Made by a program: the position numbers and the translations under genes. Shown one piece after another: positions 34,649 through 48,800 of a DNA stretch of 64,000 nt. The stretch covers positions 9,486,001 through 9,550,000 of the forward strand of contig CP075492.1 in assembly GCA_021613535.1 (NCBI GenBank), written 5' to 3'. This stretch comes from Adineta vaga. Its lineage: Eukaryota > Animalia > Rotifera. The notes beneath the pieces were generated by a model. The model had not been told where the DNA came from. It worked only from the letters and a program-made list of their open reading frames with translations, and searched no databases. Numbering within the stretch: position 1 is the stretch's first letter; each line of letters begins with the position of its first letter.

Positions 34649-37600
34649 TTAAGTTCTACAACATAATTTATGTGTATCATAATTTCGTTTATCATCAAAT
34701 GTTCTATTACAATTTGAACATCGATGAATAATATTCAATGATAAATGTTGAGTTTTAGCTGATGAAGGATTACGAAATGATTTTGGTATTGATACATCAC
34801 GTCGAGTATGTTCAATAGTAGATGAACGTTTTGTTCCTGTAGTTATTGGTCGAGTTTTACCTAAAAAGAAGAATTTCGAACAAAGTTTATCATGTAAAGA
34901 CATTTTACTATGATCAGATGATGAAGGAATAGGTAAGGTTTGAATATTATTTATATTTCGAGATGAACGAGTTGCAGCAACTGGTCGAGATTCAGATGAT
35001 GTGACGAAATCGCTGTAAGTGACAGAAAAAGAATATTATTTCTTACAAATCAATTATAAACGAAAAGATCATACGTGGAATGAATACGTATTGAAGTCGA
35101 TGTTCTAGAATGATCAACTGGTTGAGAGAATGTTTCAATATTTGCATCTGAATCTGATATAATCCATCTGCTAATGCGAGAATTATTCTCATGAGAACGT
35201 GGAATAGAATTTGTTGTGATCACCGGTCTAGAAATGAGAAATAAAATAGTATGAGAATAAAGAACGAAATTTACCGAGTTTCACTAAATGCTTGTTGTTC
35301 GAGAATTTCATCATTTAATAACCATAATGGTGTTGGTTTTGGTTTCTAAATAGTAATCGAAGATTTTAAATTGAAAGTTAACTGAAATAACATACTGATG
35401 TAGACATTTCATTGGTAAATGAATGTCGACGATGTGATGGTTCTTCAGATATTCTCGATAGATTTGTACTACGATTAGAAAGTGGAAGATTTTCTAACGA
35501 GATTTTGAATGAATCATTCTGTTGTCGCAATAAATCAATACGAAGTTCATTAGCACGCATTTGATTTTGCATATCATGAATAAGATTATCAGATGCTTTT
35601 AAATAAGATCCATCAGATTTTAATGGAGAAAAGTATATCAAACTTACTCAATACGGTTTGTTGTTGTTGTCCATGTGAGTCTGATTGTTTGCTTAACATC
35701 TGTTCACGTTCATTCATTTCTTGATGAAATTGTTCGATATTTGCTTTGAGAGATGCGACTTCTTCTAATACATGATGATTTGTTTCCATCAAGGATTGAA
35801 GTCTAATAGTTTCAGATGATTCTTGATTTTGTTTTTGTATAGTTAAAAGAGATTTTTGTAGTTCATCTCGTTGATTTTCTAAATCTATGACTTTTTTTCT
35901 ATATTAAAAAACGAAAATAATTGATCGAGAAAAAAAACCAATAACAAGTGATCTACTTTAATGTTTCACATTCTTGAGATACTTCTTCATGTGATTTAGT
36001 TAATAGTTTTTGTTTTGATTGATAATTCTATGAATGAAAAGTAAAGAGAAAACGAATGATCTGTCGTTCTTTAGTTAAATTGAATGTTACCTCTTCTTGT
36101 CGAATCATATTTTCAATACGTATTCGTTCTTTTTGTAGATCACGGTTACGTTCATCAAGATCACGTTTGATCACATTGAGTTCTGTTTGTAAACGAATAT
36201 GATCTTGTTCGAATGTTTTTATCATTTCATCTGATTTTATTCGATTTTCATTAAGAAATGTCAATTCTTTCTTGGATGATTCTAAATTAAAAGATCTGGA
36301 CTAGAATGGCATTCTTCGAAAGATATCTTACCTAATTTTTCAAGTTGTTCACCTCTTGAAGTATATTCGTCATTCAGATCTTTCAATCGTTGTTCACAAT
36401 TAAGCTTTTCTGTAGTTAAGACTTTTATTTGTTCATTATAATTTTGTTTTTCTTGTTCATATTCTTTTTTAATTACACTCATTTTGTTATCACAAGATTC
36501 TTGTAATATCTTTTTCGACTGTTTCAATTCATTAATTGTTTGTTGTAAACGACGATTTGTTTCATTTTGTTGTTTGTAAAGTTTTTCACTCGAATCTAAA
36601 TCCACTTTTGTTTTCTTTAATGTTGTATTCAGATTTTCTATATGTTTTGATAAGTGATCGAAATCTTTCGATTGACATTCGAACCATTGAATAATATCAT
36701 CAGATGATAACCATTCTGGTATTGTTGTTGATGAACAACGATGATGAGCAAGTGTTGAAGGTAAATTATTTGTATGACATAAGTTTATAATGTTATCACC
36801 ATGGTTTCGAAGACATTGTTGAAGTTGAATACATGACGAACATGGACTAAATGATGTTTCAATTGTTTGACAGTGTTTATCAATGTTTAAAATTGTTTTT
36901 GATGAGATGGATACTGTTGTAGTTGAATGATTGGATTGTATACGATGAGACTAAACATAATGGGAAGTTAATTATGAAGAAAATTGATAGAAATCCTCTC
37001 GTCTACCCCCGACATCATCGGGTCGAACCTCATGTTGTTGAAGAATGGTGAATAATTGTACTAATTTATTCCAGTACTTTTTGACAACTAAACCAATACT
37101 AAGACATGATTGTTGATCAATCGTAGACGACGGATCAAGAGTATTTGGTAATATTTTTGTTTGAATTTCATGTAGAAAATGCCACGATCCATGAACGACA
37201 AGTAAAAGTCTGATAAAGAAACGAAAACTTATTGCAAGAAAAGTATATTTAGTTTTAAAGTATGAACTATCTCATAATATGTGCGTCTTCTCTATCTATT
37301 ACGCTATTGTCAAACTTCAAGATATAGCTCGAATTATGCAGCAAGAAAAGATAAGCCTACATTGCAAAAATTATCTACAGAGCATAGCATTTTACTTGCT
37401 TGGAAAAGCTCTCCTTTTTTTTCTTTCCTTTATAAATACATTTCATTGGATGATAGGATAAAAATTATATACCTATCAATTATAATTTCAAATAAAATTA
37501 TATGAGCAACTTGATTATCAACTTCATTTTTGCCATATCGATAACGTTGAAGTAATTCTCTGATATCGACATCAGTTGCTAATTTATCTGGATATTTCCA

Positions 37601-37772
37601 TGAATGACATCTATATGAAAGTATTTATTCAAATTACATCAAAAACTCTCTCTTTGTTCTTCTACTTAATCGAACCAGTTCTTCCAATAACATCATAAAC
37701 AACATTTTGTAAATCATCAATATCAATGCGTAAACTTTCAATACATGTTTTACTTCCCAGAAGATGAGCCAT
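34649..37772 (-). CDS. CCDC157: Coiled-coil domain-containing protein 157
   Basis: N-terminus MAHLLGSKTCIESLRIDIDDLQ...SWKYPDK matches CCDC157. Long coiled coil; DMQNQMRANELRIDLLRQQN. Confidence 0.85.
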
Positions 37773-37833
37773 AATTCATACTCTACATTACAAATCTATC
37801 GACCAATTCAACAGCCATTTTCATCTTCTAATC

Positions 37834-37846
37834 GTTGCTTAGTAAC
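37834..37846. promoter_or_regulatory. RFX X-box upstream of CCDC157
   Basis: GTTGCTTAGTAAC (palindromic, flanked ATC...GAT), about 60 nt before the ATG. Confidence 0.7.
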
Positions 37847-38071
37847 GATCCCTTTACAAAACTAAGTAATATGTTCCTCGAATAACAAACAGATAGAAAT
37901 AAAATTTCATTCATAAATAAATTTCGTAACATATTTCTTTGATTTTTATTTCGAAACTAATTTAATACAAAAAACAACACATCGACACACTTGAGTGAAT
38001 CATCTAATATCAGTGATTATTTTTTTTTCATATATTGTTTTTTTTTATATTAGAATAAAAAACAGTAGACA

Positions 38072-38879
38072 ATGACGAGTACAGCAACTAATGCAAGAGA
38101 ATCAGCAAATGATACAATTAATCCTAAAAGTCCATTAGAATGTTCTTGGACATTTTGGTATTTAAAACCCGATAAACGAACGAGTTGGGAACAATCATTA
38201 ATAAAATTAATCGATGTCGGTTTTGTGGAAGATTTCTGGGCAACATTTAATCATCTAGCCACACCAGCAAAATTGGCTTCAATGAGAACTAATTCGGATT
38301 ATTTTTTTTTCAAACAAGGAAGTTAGTTTTATTGAATTACTTTTTAGTCTATACGAAATGAATATAAACGTCTATTTTCTTTTCATTTTAGTTCGTCCAA
38401 TGTGGGGTAAGTTAAGTCTTTCGATTTGCTTTTTTGATTTTCAATTATTTGTTTATTTATTCAATAGAGGACAAAGCTAATGAAGCAGGTGGTCGTTGGT
38501 TATATTTGTGTGGCAATCAAGATGTTAAACTTGATGATCTATGGTTAGAAACATTACTTGGTATGATTGGTGATTGTTTTTCAAATGATTCGTATGTAAA
38601 ACAAAATAAAATAGATGTCTTGAAAACGAATTCATGTTTAATATTTCTAGTGATCCTCAACCATTGAGTCGATATATTACTGGTTGTAATGTATCAATTC
38701 GTAATCGTGGTCATAAAATTGCTCTTTGGTTATCGGAAGGTCAAAATGAAACTGTCATACGAGAAATTGGTCGTCGATGGAAATCGATGATCAATCTACC
38801 ATCGGATGCTCATATACAATTCGATTTACATAATGAAACCTCTTCTGGCCCACCTAAACCAGCACGATATGAAGCATAG
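38072..38879 (+). CDS. eIF4E-family cap-binding protein (class I-like)
   Basis: PLECSWTFWY, SWEQ, VEDFW, IRPMWEDKANEAGGRW (via 15-nt microexon 38392-38406) and KIALW. Confidence 0.92.
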
Positions 38880-41800
38880 ACAGAAATTTAGGCGTTTTTC
38901 TTCTGTTTGTTTGTTTGTTTGTTTGTTTTTCTTTCTATTTGTCGTTTATTGAGAAAGTTTGTTAAAGAAAATTTTTTTTTATTTTAAGTAATTATTTATT
39001 ACCTATTGCTTTTTCTTTCTTCCTTTGTTTTTGAAACTATTAGATGAATTTCGTTCTAATCTTTAGTGAGTTTTTCAAGATAGAAGAGAAAAATCAAAAC
39101 ATCAAGAAAGAATACTCGATTAAATAATACAACAAATTTGAATTAGGAAAAGAAATTCGAGTTCTTCTTTACATACACTTGGATGTTTATTTCTACTAAC
39201 ATTTGATATAATATTCATATAGCTATTTAAATTTATAGTAAACACACCATGCATGATCACGAATTTTGTTACACGAGTTTCATTTCGAAATCAATAATTA
39301 ATGTTATGATGTATGCAATTACATCGTTGTATCTTGTCTCTTTCAGATACAAGTATCTTTAGAGAATATTAATGAAGATGAACGACGTTCAAAAACTTGA
39401 TCAAGTATGTAAAAAGATATCGCTCTATCTTTATATCCATGAGGATAAATTAGTCGAAAGTATTTTGACATAGTTGATAAATGTTGTAGCACAAAATATT
39501 TCTAATTCAAACGTTTGTTACTTTATCGTCCTTGTTAAACAATGTATTCAAGGCATATTTTAACGATATATTATTGTTGATCTGGAAATTTGAGAGTAGG
39601 AATAACGGGATAGAATATATTCTTGTTTAGTCTCGTCATTTGTATAATTATCATTTTTTGTAAATTAATATGAGATGTTGACATTAGATAGAATTGTATT
39701 ATGATAGAAGGATTTATTTAATAAAAATCATTCGAGATGAAGAACAAGAATAGAGAATGATCGGAGCGTTAATTAATTTCTCGCCAATTAAGTTTGTTTG
39801 GTAGTAAAAGAAATCAATGTCTTAGATATTTCATAGAATGTTATGTATGTTTATTTTAATCTAGATCTAATGCGATCAACTCAAGAAGAGAAAAAAAAGA
39901 AGTCTTTCGATTTTCAAATAATTTCTTTTACTAATCGTTAATAACTATAAAATCCATTATAATCTATTAACATTAAATAATCTTTTTCTTTGCTTCAATG
40001 AATCATCAATGCAACTTTGTTGCTGCATCTACTCAGATTATTATTGCTTTCCTTCCTAAAACACACACACACACACACATCGATAATAGATCAACTTTCA
40101 TAACAAACATTGATGATCATAACACATCAGAGTCAATGAAAAAAAAACTTTGTCTACTATTCATCCTTCTTAATGATCAAATAACATATTCATTCTGAAT
40201 GATCTAATCATCGATAGACATGCACAAATTTTTGTCAGAGATAGATTTGTTTTTTTCCTTCGTTTACGAGAAAAAAAACTGTATATATTGACAAATTAAT
40301 CAATATCTACATAATTATATAGTCCAAAGAAATGAAAATGAGATTTTTTTCATATATGTTTATGATAATTTCATTTCCTATTGATCGTTTACAATGTGAA
40401 TGCAATGAAGAAAACAAAGTCGGATGATCAGAATGTTCATCTTCTTCTTCTTTTTCTTGAGAATAAAAATGGAATATAATTATTGCTTTATGCACTTGAT
40501 AAATATCCTTGAATGACGAACATAAAAACGGATTTTCTTTGTTTACCGTCACTTCTTTTTTTTCTAATCAAACATACTTGCTTAGTACTTACAGACATAA
40601 CATTACTGTTGATGTTCTCTTGACAATATCTAGTGCAAATACTTTGTCCTTGAATCAACTTTTCTTCTTCTTCTTTTTTCTTCGATTTTTTTTTATATCT
40701 TATAATCAAATTCTTTCCATTGGAATCGTTCATGTACTTTTATCTTTACACGCTTGAAAAAAAGAAAGAAAGAAAGAAAAAATCAAACTATATTAGAATA
40801 TGCAATGGCAAACAAGTTCCGTCAAGTTTACCATAAATTTAGCTTAAGATAGAATGTATTTACACATGACAGGGATTAGTTACATGGCAGACAAAGCGTA
40901 AAATAGAGCTGGAGAAGTATACAATTAGTTCATGCTCTCTAACCTCATCAAAGGTTTCAAAGATGACGTTGATGACAGAAAGAGGAAGGGAGAGAGAGAG
41001 AGAGAGAGAGCGCAAATGTGTGAATAGTGTCTTCCTACTTGAAAATTACGAATGTCATCTTTTTGAAAGAAAGAAACGTACGTGTCGTTACTTGCCAATG
41101 ATGTATCAGTAACTGTCCACTTGAATATAGAATTATGCATTCGATGCGAAATATATATATTCAACTAACGTTGTTTAGGCTTCTTCGATTGATTTAGTCC
41201 AGAGACTGTCTGTTATGCACATGTAGTATTCTCATAAGACGATATTTTCTCTTGAGTATAAGCGTATGCAACAATGCTTTACTATGACAAGAGGAAAAAT
41301 ACTAGAACGAGGAGGGCAGTGACATGTCATCAGTGACGTTCAACAGACTGAAAGAGTCTATTCAGTATTCAGAATCAAAAAAATGAATAATAATCATCAG
41401 CATCATTGCTGCTCAGGGGTAAAAAAGAAGTTTCTGTGACAGAAAGAATATAAAAAGAAAATGATGATTTTCATTAGATACTGTCCAAATATAATCATTG
41501 TTATGTAATCATTAGTTCTAATCATTTTTGACAAGCAGTCAGTTCAGATGAAATATTCATTGTTGAAAGAAAATACTTCGAATTATTCGATTTGTTTAAG
41601 TCTACTTTAAATTCGTAAGATATGTATATACTAATTGTTTGTAAACATTGCATGTCAATGAACAATGGTAATGAACATCTTTTTAGTAAACTATCAAATT
41701 TCATCATGATTACATTCTTATGGCTTAGAAAAAAAGGAGATTTCAGCTTTGTTCCCTTGAGAGTATTTTACTTCTTTGTTTTCGTTATTTACATAGTAAA

Positions 41801-43329
41801 TGTAAACTATAGAAAGAAGACTAAGCAAGTTTGTGCATCGTTAGATTAAATTATTCATTAGAAGGAAAAAGAAAGAAAGAAGAATAGATGGGAGTTGGTC
41901 TTCATTGCCGTTGTTACATAGATGAATTCATCTATTGTTACATCATATATTGCATCAATGCATGAGAATAAATACATAGTGTCTGATATAAATAGGAAAA
42001 GAAATTCAATCATATTTTGTCTGATGCTCCTCCTTCTGAAAAAAAAATTTGAGCCATTGTATTTAGTTGTTCTTATCATTCATATCATGTAATAATCAGT
42101 AGAAAGAAAGAGGAGGAGTTGTGTGAGCATGAATAAACGAATGTATATATTATAATATAAAATATAAAAGCTCGTATGAAAACATATTGACGATGAGATG
42201 ACAACATCAGACGATCAACGAATATTATGCCTCGGAGTACTAATAACTTGTTAGATTGGGCCTGTTATGTATCTTACTATCTATCTTCTATTAATCGTTC
42301 TTTTTCTTATTATTATGCTTCTGTAGTATGTCAATGGCCATGACTGCACTGAGAAATAATTACGACTTCTTTTCAGGGTTATCATTACTTTGTCTGTTAA
42401 TGTTTTGTAAAGATCTTGCGCGATATGGATGCCAATCTGGTGCCCACATCCGGTGCAAATGAGCATCACTTTGTGTATATATATATATTTAATCATATGA
42501 ATAAACGATTGTCATTGGGTGATGAAAAGAAATTATCAAGTAGTAGGAACAATCTATCGCTATCAATATAAATGTATAAAAAAGAAAGTGAAGAAAAGAG
42601 AAACTCTTTCTTCTTCTTTTTTCCATTGTAAACAGGTGTCTTGCATTTGTATTATATATAACTAGAAAAGTTCCCTTCAATGATGACTAAAGGGATTTGC
42701 AATCAACTAATTTTGAAAGCCATCTGTCTGCCTTATATACATAGACATATATATATACTATTCATGCGGACGCTCATTTGTATTCTTCTCTTATTTAGAT
42801 CAATGTTATATTGAACATTCAGAATGTGATCTCTCCATGGAATCTTTTCTTTTGTTCGAATAATGAACAAATAGACGGACCAATTTATCCGTGCTAGATG
42901 ATAGGAAGGACAAAAGAAAAGAAAAAAATTAAAAAAAATGGAGATGTCCGATATCGCACTAATTTTTTTTCCCTTTTTTTACGTTTCACTTCCGTTGTCA
43001 ATGATTGAAATAGTAACTATAGCCTTGAATTTTTTTCTTTTCTCGTTCATACTCGTACACGTACTACACATCCGAATAATGATAAAAAAAAGAAGAAGGA
43101 GATTTTCCAGACCTATTGAACTGGAATGACATCATAGAGAAGATGGATTGAATGGAAAAAATTCGCTGTTTCCTATTTAATTTAAATCAATTTCTTAAAT
43201 ATAAGCAGGTGTTTATTTTCTCCGTGCTTCCAGTAGATTGCCTAGTGAAATATTCTAGTTTTTTCTTCTCCTGTGCTCTTCTTCTATTTGGGATAGCCTT
43301 CCTTTCTACAGGCACTTGACCGAGGACGT

Positions 43330-43350
43330 GCGAGCTCGCGCGCGCGCGCG
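43330..43350 (+). promoter_or_regulatory. (CG)n tract in the putative promoter of the Ig-domain gene
   Basis: gcgagctcgcgcgcgcgcgcg upstream of a probable non-coding exon (donor about 43642, acceptor about 43844). Confidence 0.45.
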
Positions 43351-43860
43351 TTCATTGCATAAGGACAGAAGAGAAGTAGAGAGAAAAAGTGGGCGAGAGC
43401 GGCGAAGGAGGAGAGAAGAAGAAGAAAAGGATACGAGCGTACTCGTTCTCTCTCCTTCTCTTTTCTTCTCTCGTCATCAACATCATTTGGCCATTCAACT
43501 ACATTCGCGGAAGTCGGAAGAGAGGGAAGCTTAATACGATTCGAAATTATTGTCGTTTCTAACTAACAGACACGATTGGAATATGCGAAGAAATTAATGT
43601 AAAATTGTTGAATTAGAAAACCAATTAACAAATCTTCGTTGGTATGTCTCTTTAATCAAACTATTCCTTAAAATAAGATTAAGCTTTTTTGATTCATCAA
43701 AAAATGAGAATCCATATACTTTTGCTATTAATGAGAAAAAGAAGAAGAAGAAGAAGAAGAGAATATACCTATGCAAATATTGATTGATTTCTATACGTAA
43801 TGATTTAATTAAGAAATAAAAAACTTGGGAATATTTCTATTTAGTATCAATATTTAAATA

Positions 43861-45108
43861 ATGTATATTATAACTTCGATTATTACAATCGCTCTTCTCA
43901 TTCCAATTGTTCAACTAGCTCGACCATCAATAAACTTAACATTTACTCCCGATGAAAAATATATGTCACGTCAAGCAAAAGTTGATATTCAATGTGGACT
44001 AGTTAATCCAACTGCTCAATCGGATTCTGCCCAATTATGGTATGTTGATTTTAAAACTGGTAAGCGTACACCTATATCACGTACGTTGCTAACATCACCT
44101 ACGGACGATGCACCGGACATATTTAAAACTAATCGTAATCGTCGTTATGAATTTGTACAAAAAAATCACATACGTATTCGAAGTTTAATCATGGAAGATT
44201 CAGCAAAATATGAATGTAATTGTCCAGATTGTGAAGAATCGATACCAAAACAAACAAAAGATTTATATGTAATGAATTTAATTGAACCAATATGGATAAT
44301 CGATTCAGTTTGGCCATTACATGAAAATACTAAAACAACAATAAAATGTCAAGTAGATAATTTTTATCCGTATGTCGGACATCGAATTCTTCGTGATCAA
44401 AAAGAAATTACTAATGAAGGAAAGAGTACGTTATCTGATAGTAATATGTTTCCACAAAAATTCTTTTGGCAAACAACAATAACACCAAAAGCTGATTGGC
44501 ATAATTCAACATTGAGTTGTTCAGTAAAACAAGGTTAGTTAAACATCAAGTTACTTCAATGAATTCTACATTGATATTTTTCTATTTTTCGAATAGGTAA
44601 TTCTGAACAAGTAGTTACAAAAACTCTGGATGTTTTATTTACTCCAAGTTTTCTCGAATGTTCTGAACGGCAATTTGTTGATCATCGAAAAGATCAAGCG
44701 AGTATTGAATGTTCTTATAATGGAAATCCTCAACCAAGAATAACTTGGCTTCGTCAATCTGATCAAAAACCTATCACGTCTGATAATGGTATAACAATTG
44801 AAAATAAAGACGAATCAAAAGGCAAATATCGAAGTATTGTTGCATTTGATCGAAATAAACTGACGTCAATTCCATTACCTCCAACAAATAAAACCTCAGC
44901 AGAAAATTATTATCGTTATTTACTTAATAATGGTTTTCTAGTAAAATTAACTGTTAATGGTAATGAAAAGGGTACACGAGTTATAAAAATTGTTGACGAT
45001 GCTCGTCAAGCTCAACAACGATCATCAAATAGTTCAACAACGACAATTTCATTACCATCTATGATCTTATTAGCATTTTTATTAGTTTTCTCTATTCTTC
45101 ATCGTTGA
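43861..45108 (+). CDS. Cell-surface protein with three Ig-like domains and a probable GPI/hydrophobic C-terminal anchor
   Basis: Signal peptide; Ig cores (IQC..W..EDSAKYEC; IKCQVDNFYP..LSC; IECSYNGNPQPRITW); terminal hydrophobic tail MILLAFLLVFSILHR. One intron at about 44533-44596. Confidence 0.82.
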
Positions 45109-45842
45109 AATTTGTTTTATTTCTCTAGTCTCACGTGTATTTTTTTACTAAGATTCGTTCTGCTCAGGTGCGATGAAGAAAAAAAAACAATTCTTTGGAC
45201 ATATTTACTCCTTATTACGAACAGTGTCCATCGTATACAAGCATACAACACAAAACAAACACACTCCATAATTTTCTTTTTTTCTTCTTTTTGTTGCTTC
45301 TAATTTGTCATTGTTGTCTTGTATTTGTCGATGTCTAGTTTTACTTGGTTATGTTTTCTTCTTTTTTTTTTATTTTGTACAACTTGCTCGTTCATTCTCA
45401 TTAACATAACTTACATTCACTTCTTTTTTTTTCTTTCTTCTTCTTCTTCGTTTTGGCTAAGACAATCATCTAACCAGATGCCGGCGGAAGCGAACTAGAC
45501 TGTCTTTTTCCCCTTTTTTTTCTTGTATTTCACAGCCGACTGAATGCATGCGGAATTACTTTCGGAGGGAAAAATTTCAATTGAACATTGCTTCTTATTT
45601 CTCACTGTCCCTTTCTTTCTCGCTCCCTCTCTTTTATTTGTCTTTGATGATGTTGAGAAAGAAAAATAAGGTCACATCCGGATGGATTCAATGAGACTAA
45701 CACATCATAATTGATTTTCTTCTTCCACTTCTCGATCAAATCACCACCCCATGATGAACAAGTTCGATCATTGAAAAAATGTCACTACATGTGGAGAGAA
45801 AGAGAGTTGTTCTTCTATTGACATCTGTCACCATATTTTCAG

Positions 45843-48800
45843 ATGCATCTGCGTATTGTTCAACAACGATTAGCATTTATTCAAACTAATCTTATCCGGA
45901 CATATAAACATCAAACTAAAGTCTTCGGATATAATACTCAATTAAAAACGATTGGAAATGTCAATGAAATGGAGAAAATACTTTGTAAATACATTGAATT
46001 CAATGCTATGATGTTAATGATGATGACATACTCCTTCTTTTTTTCTATCAATATGTAGGTGATTACAATCAAGCTCGTCAAGCTAATCCTCATGTGGCAT
46101 TACTTATTGATGCTTATCGTAAGCATGGTCATCGTCTAGCTAAGATCGATCCATTGGGAATCAGTGTTAACACGTGAGAAAAAAAAGACTCAGATGATTT
46201 ACGAATCAATAAGAACGACAGGAAGAAACAAACAAAGATCAACTTCATTCTCTATTTAGATCAATTCCAGAATTAGATGAGAAAGTATTTACAGTTGATT
46301 TTCATCTTGAAAATGAACATGATGCTCGATCATTGTTTGGTTTATCTCAAGAACAATCAATTCCAAAGAATAAATCTGATTGGATTCGACAACTCAATGA
46401 TACCTATTGTCAATCAATAAGTATAGAATGTGAATATATTGAAGTAGGTTGAAATAGAAATGAATAGAGATTAGATTAAATGAATATACATATAACTATC
46501 TAGAGTGACATTGAACGTCTTTGGGTTGCTCGTCGATTTGAACAATTACGTTCTTCACCGTCAATCTCTTCTGATCTTCAACGACGGATTAGTGAACAGA
46601 TGCGTAAATGTGAAGTAAAATTCCATCTGTTTCTTTCTTTTTGAAGTTTTGCTTGAGTTCGATCATTGATTATTGATATGTCGAAGGCGACATCCTATCT
46701 ATTCTGTTATCTCTAATCATCATTCTAATTTCCCTCGAGAAGATCATTTGATTAACACACAAAGATAACATGATTGTTCAGACAAGGAAATTTCATGTTC
46801 GCAGGCATTTGATCAATTTCTACAAGCAAAATTTCCAACATTAAAACGTTATAGTGGCGAAGGCGCAGAAGGCATGATGGCATTTTTTGATTTAGCTTTT
46901 CAACAATCTGCTCAATGTAGGTCGTTTCTATATCTTTTCTGATCTCTTCGATGAATATATGCACGTATTATTTAGTGAATATTGAAAATGTCATTGTTTG
47001 TATGCCTCATCGAGGTCGAAATAATCTTCTTGTTTGTCTACTCAATTATCCAGCTGCCACCATGTTTAGAAAAATTAAAGGCAAACATGAATTTCCTAAA
47101 GATGTCAAATCAACTGGTGATGTTCTTTCACATTTATGTGAGTTTCATTTGAAATAATATCCGGTATATAATCTATCTATATGTGTTCAGATACATCAAC
47201 GGATTTAACATATGATGGCAAAACACTTCATGTTTCACTTATTCCTAATCCATCACATTTAGAAGTACTTAAAATCTTTTCTTCCGAGTTTTTTTAATCT
47301 AATTTCTTTAATTAAAAAAAAACCAAGGCTAATAATCCTGTGGCAGTTGGAAAAACTCGTGCTTGTCAATTATCATTGAAAGATGGTCATTATGCTGATA
47401 CGGAAAATACTAAACAGCATGGAGATAAAGCATTGTGTATTCAAGTACATGGTGATGCTTCATTTGCTGGACAGGTATGAACTACGTGAAAGACGAAACA
47501 TTGACACGATAGATCAGAGATGAAATAGAGTTGACACTTATGAGCTCAGCATGAGGTAATTTGATGTATTACAATTCCGTTCTCCATAGGTGACAATCCT
47601 GTTGTTTTTAATTTTCTTTACTGTTGTCTGCATAGAATTAATATGTAATCGTTCTCTAGGGCATTATTCCTGAGACATTTCAATTGAGTCATCTGCCTCA
47701 TTATACAGTGGGAGGAAGTATTCATCTTGTGACGAATAATCAAATAGGTTATACAACACCTCAACATTTAGCACGGTAAATAGAATCGAATGAGAAAACG
47801 ATTAAAGTCTTATGTTATTATGATTTTAATCTAAAGTTCATCGCAATATTGTACGGATTTTGCTAAAGTAGTTAATTGTCCAGTAATACATGTCAATGGT
47901 CAATGCTCACAGGTAACTTGCCATTCATTTATATTCTATATTTAATCATTTGAAAATAAGGAAATTGCACAAGCTGTTCAATTAGCATGCGAATACCGTG
48001 ATCGTTTTCGAAAAGATATCGTTGTTGATCTCGTGTGTTTTCGTAAACATGGTCATAATGAACTTGATGATCCGACATTTACTCAACCGACAATGTATAA
48101 AAAAGTTCAAGAATATTATAAACAAGAACAACAGATTGATGCAGAATTAGATGAAAAAATAAAGACATTTCGAAACAAATTAGAAGAACAATTTTCTAGC
48201 GCTGATAAATATCAACCAAAAGTAAAAAATTATCAGAATCTTTCTGTCATTTTAAAGATTTTTCAATTCAGGCACCACATCTTGAAGGACAATGGTCCGA
48301 AATGATTCAAGCAAAATCAATTCGAACACAATGGAATACCGGTCTCGATAAAGATTTATTAAAATATATTGGTGCTAAATCAGTGAATGCGCCTGAAGAC
48401 TTTGTAAGATTATTTTGAAATGCTTTTCTTCGAATTAATACTCGATTATTTCATAGCAAGTACATTCAACTATTGCTCGATCACATGTACAAAAACGACA
48501 ACAACGTATAGAAGCTGGTACTGACTTAGATTGGTCAACTGCCGAAGCATTAGCATTTGGTTCATTACTTCTTCAAGGTTTGATAGTGAAAAATCAATTT
48601 TCATTACGATATCTTTTCTTTAGGTTATAATATTCGTATTAGTGGTCAAGATGTTGGTCGAGGAACTTTTAGTCAACGGCATGGCATGCTTATTAATCAA
48701 AAGAATGATGATGTTTATGTTCCATTGAATGCAATGGATTCTAAACAAGGCTTTCTTGAAGTATTGTTAATTATTGTTAACAGAAAAAGAAAATATAATT

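Noticed and set aside
37277-37413. H/ACA snoRNA-like segment in a CCDC157 intron (terminal ACA, AGATAA box)
   Set aside because: The hairpins are very asymmetric and the 3' stem is weak. It needs a snoRNA covariance search.
42416-42458. Short GC-richer stem-loop (TTGCGC..GGATG / CATCC..GTGCAA)
   Set aside because: Too short and imperfect to call an RNA gene.
39000-43300. Numerous 60-80 aa ORFs
   Set aside because: Compositionally biased, often with non-ATG starts, and without splice-consistent coding structure.
47551-47572. let-7-like TGAGGTAATTTGATGTATT in a DHTKD1 intron
   Set aside because: Seed mismatch and no pre-miRNA-length hairpin.
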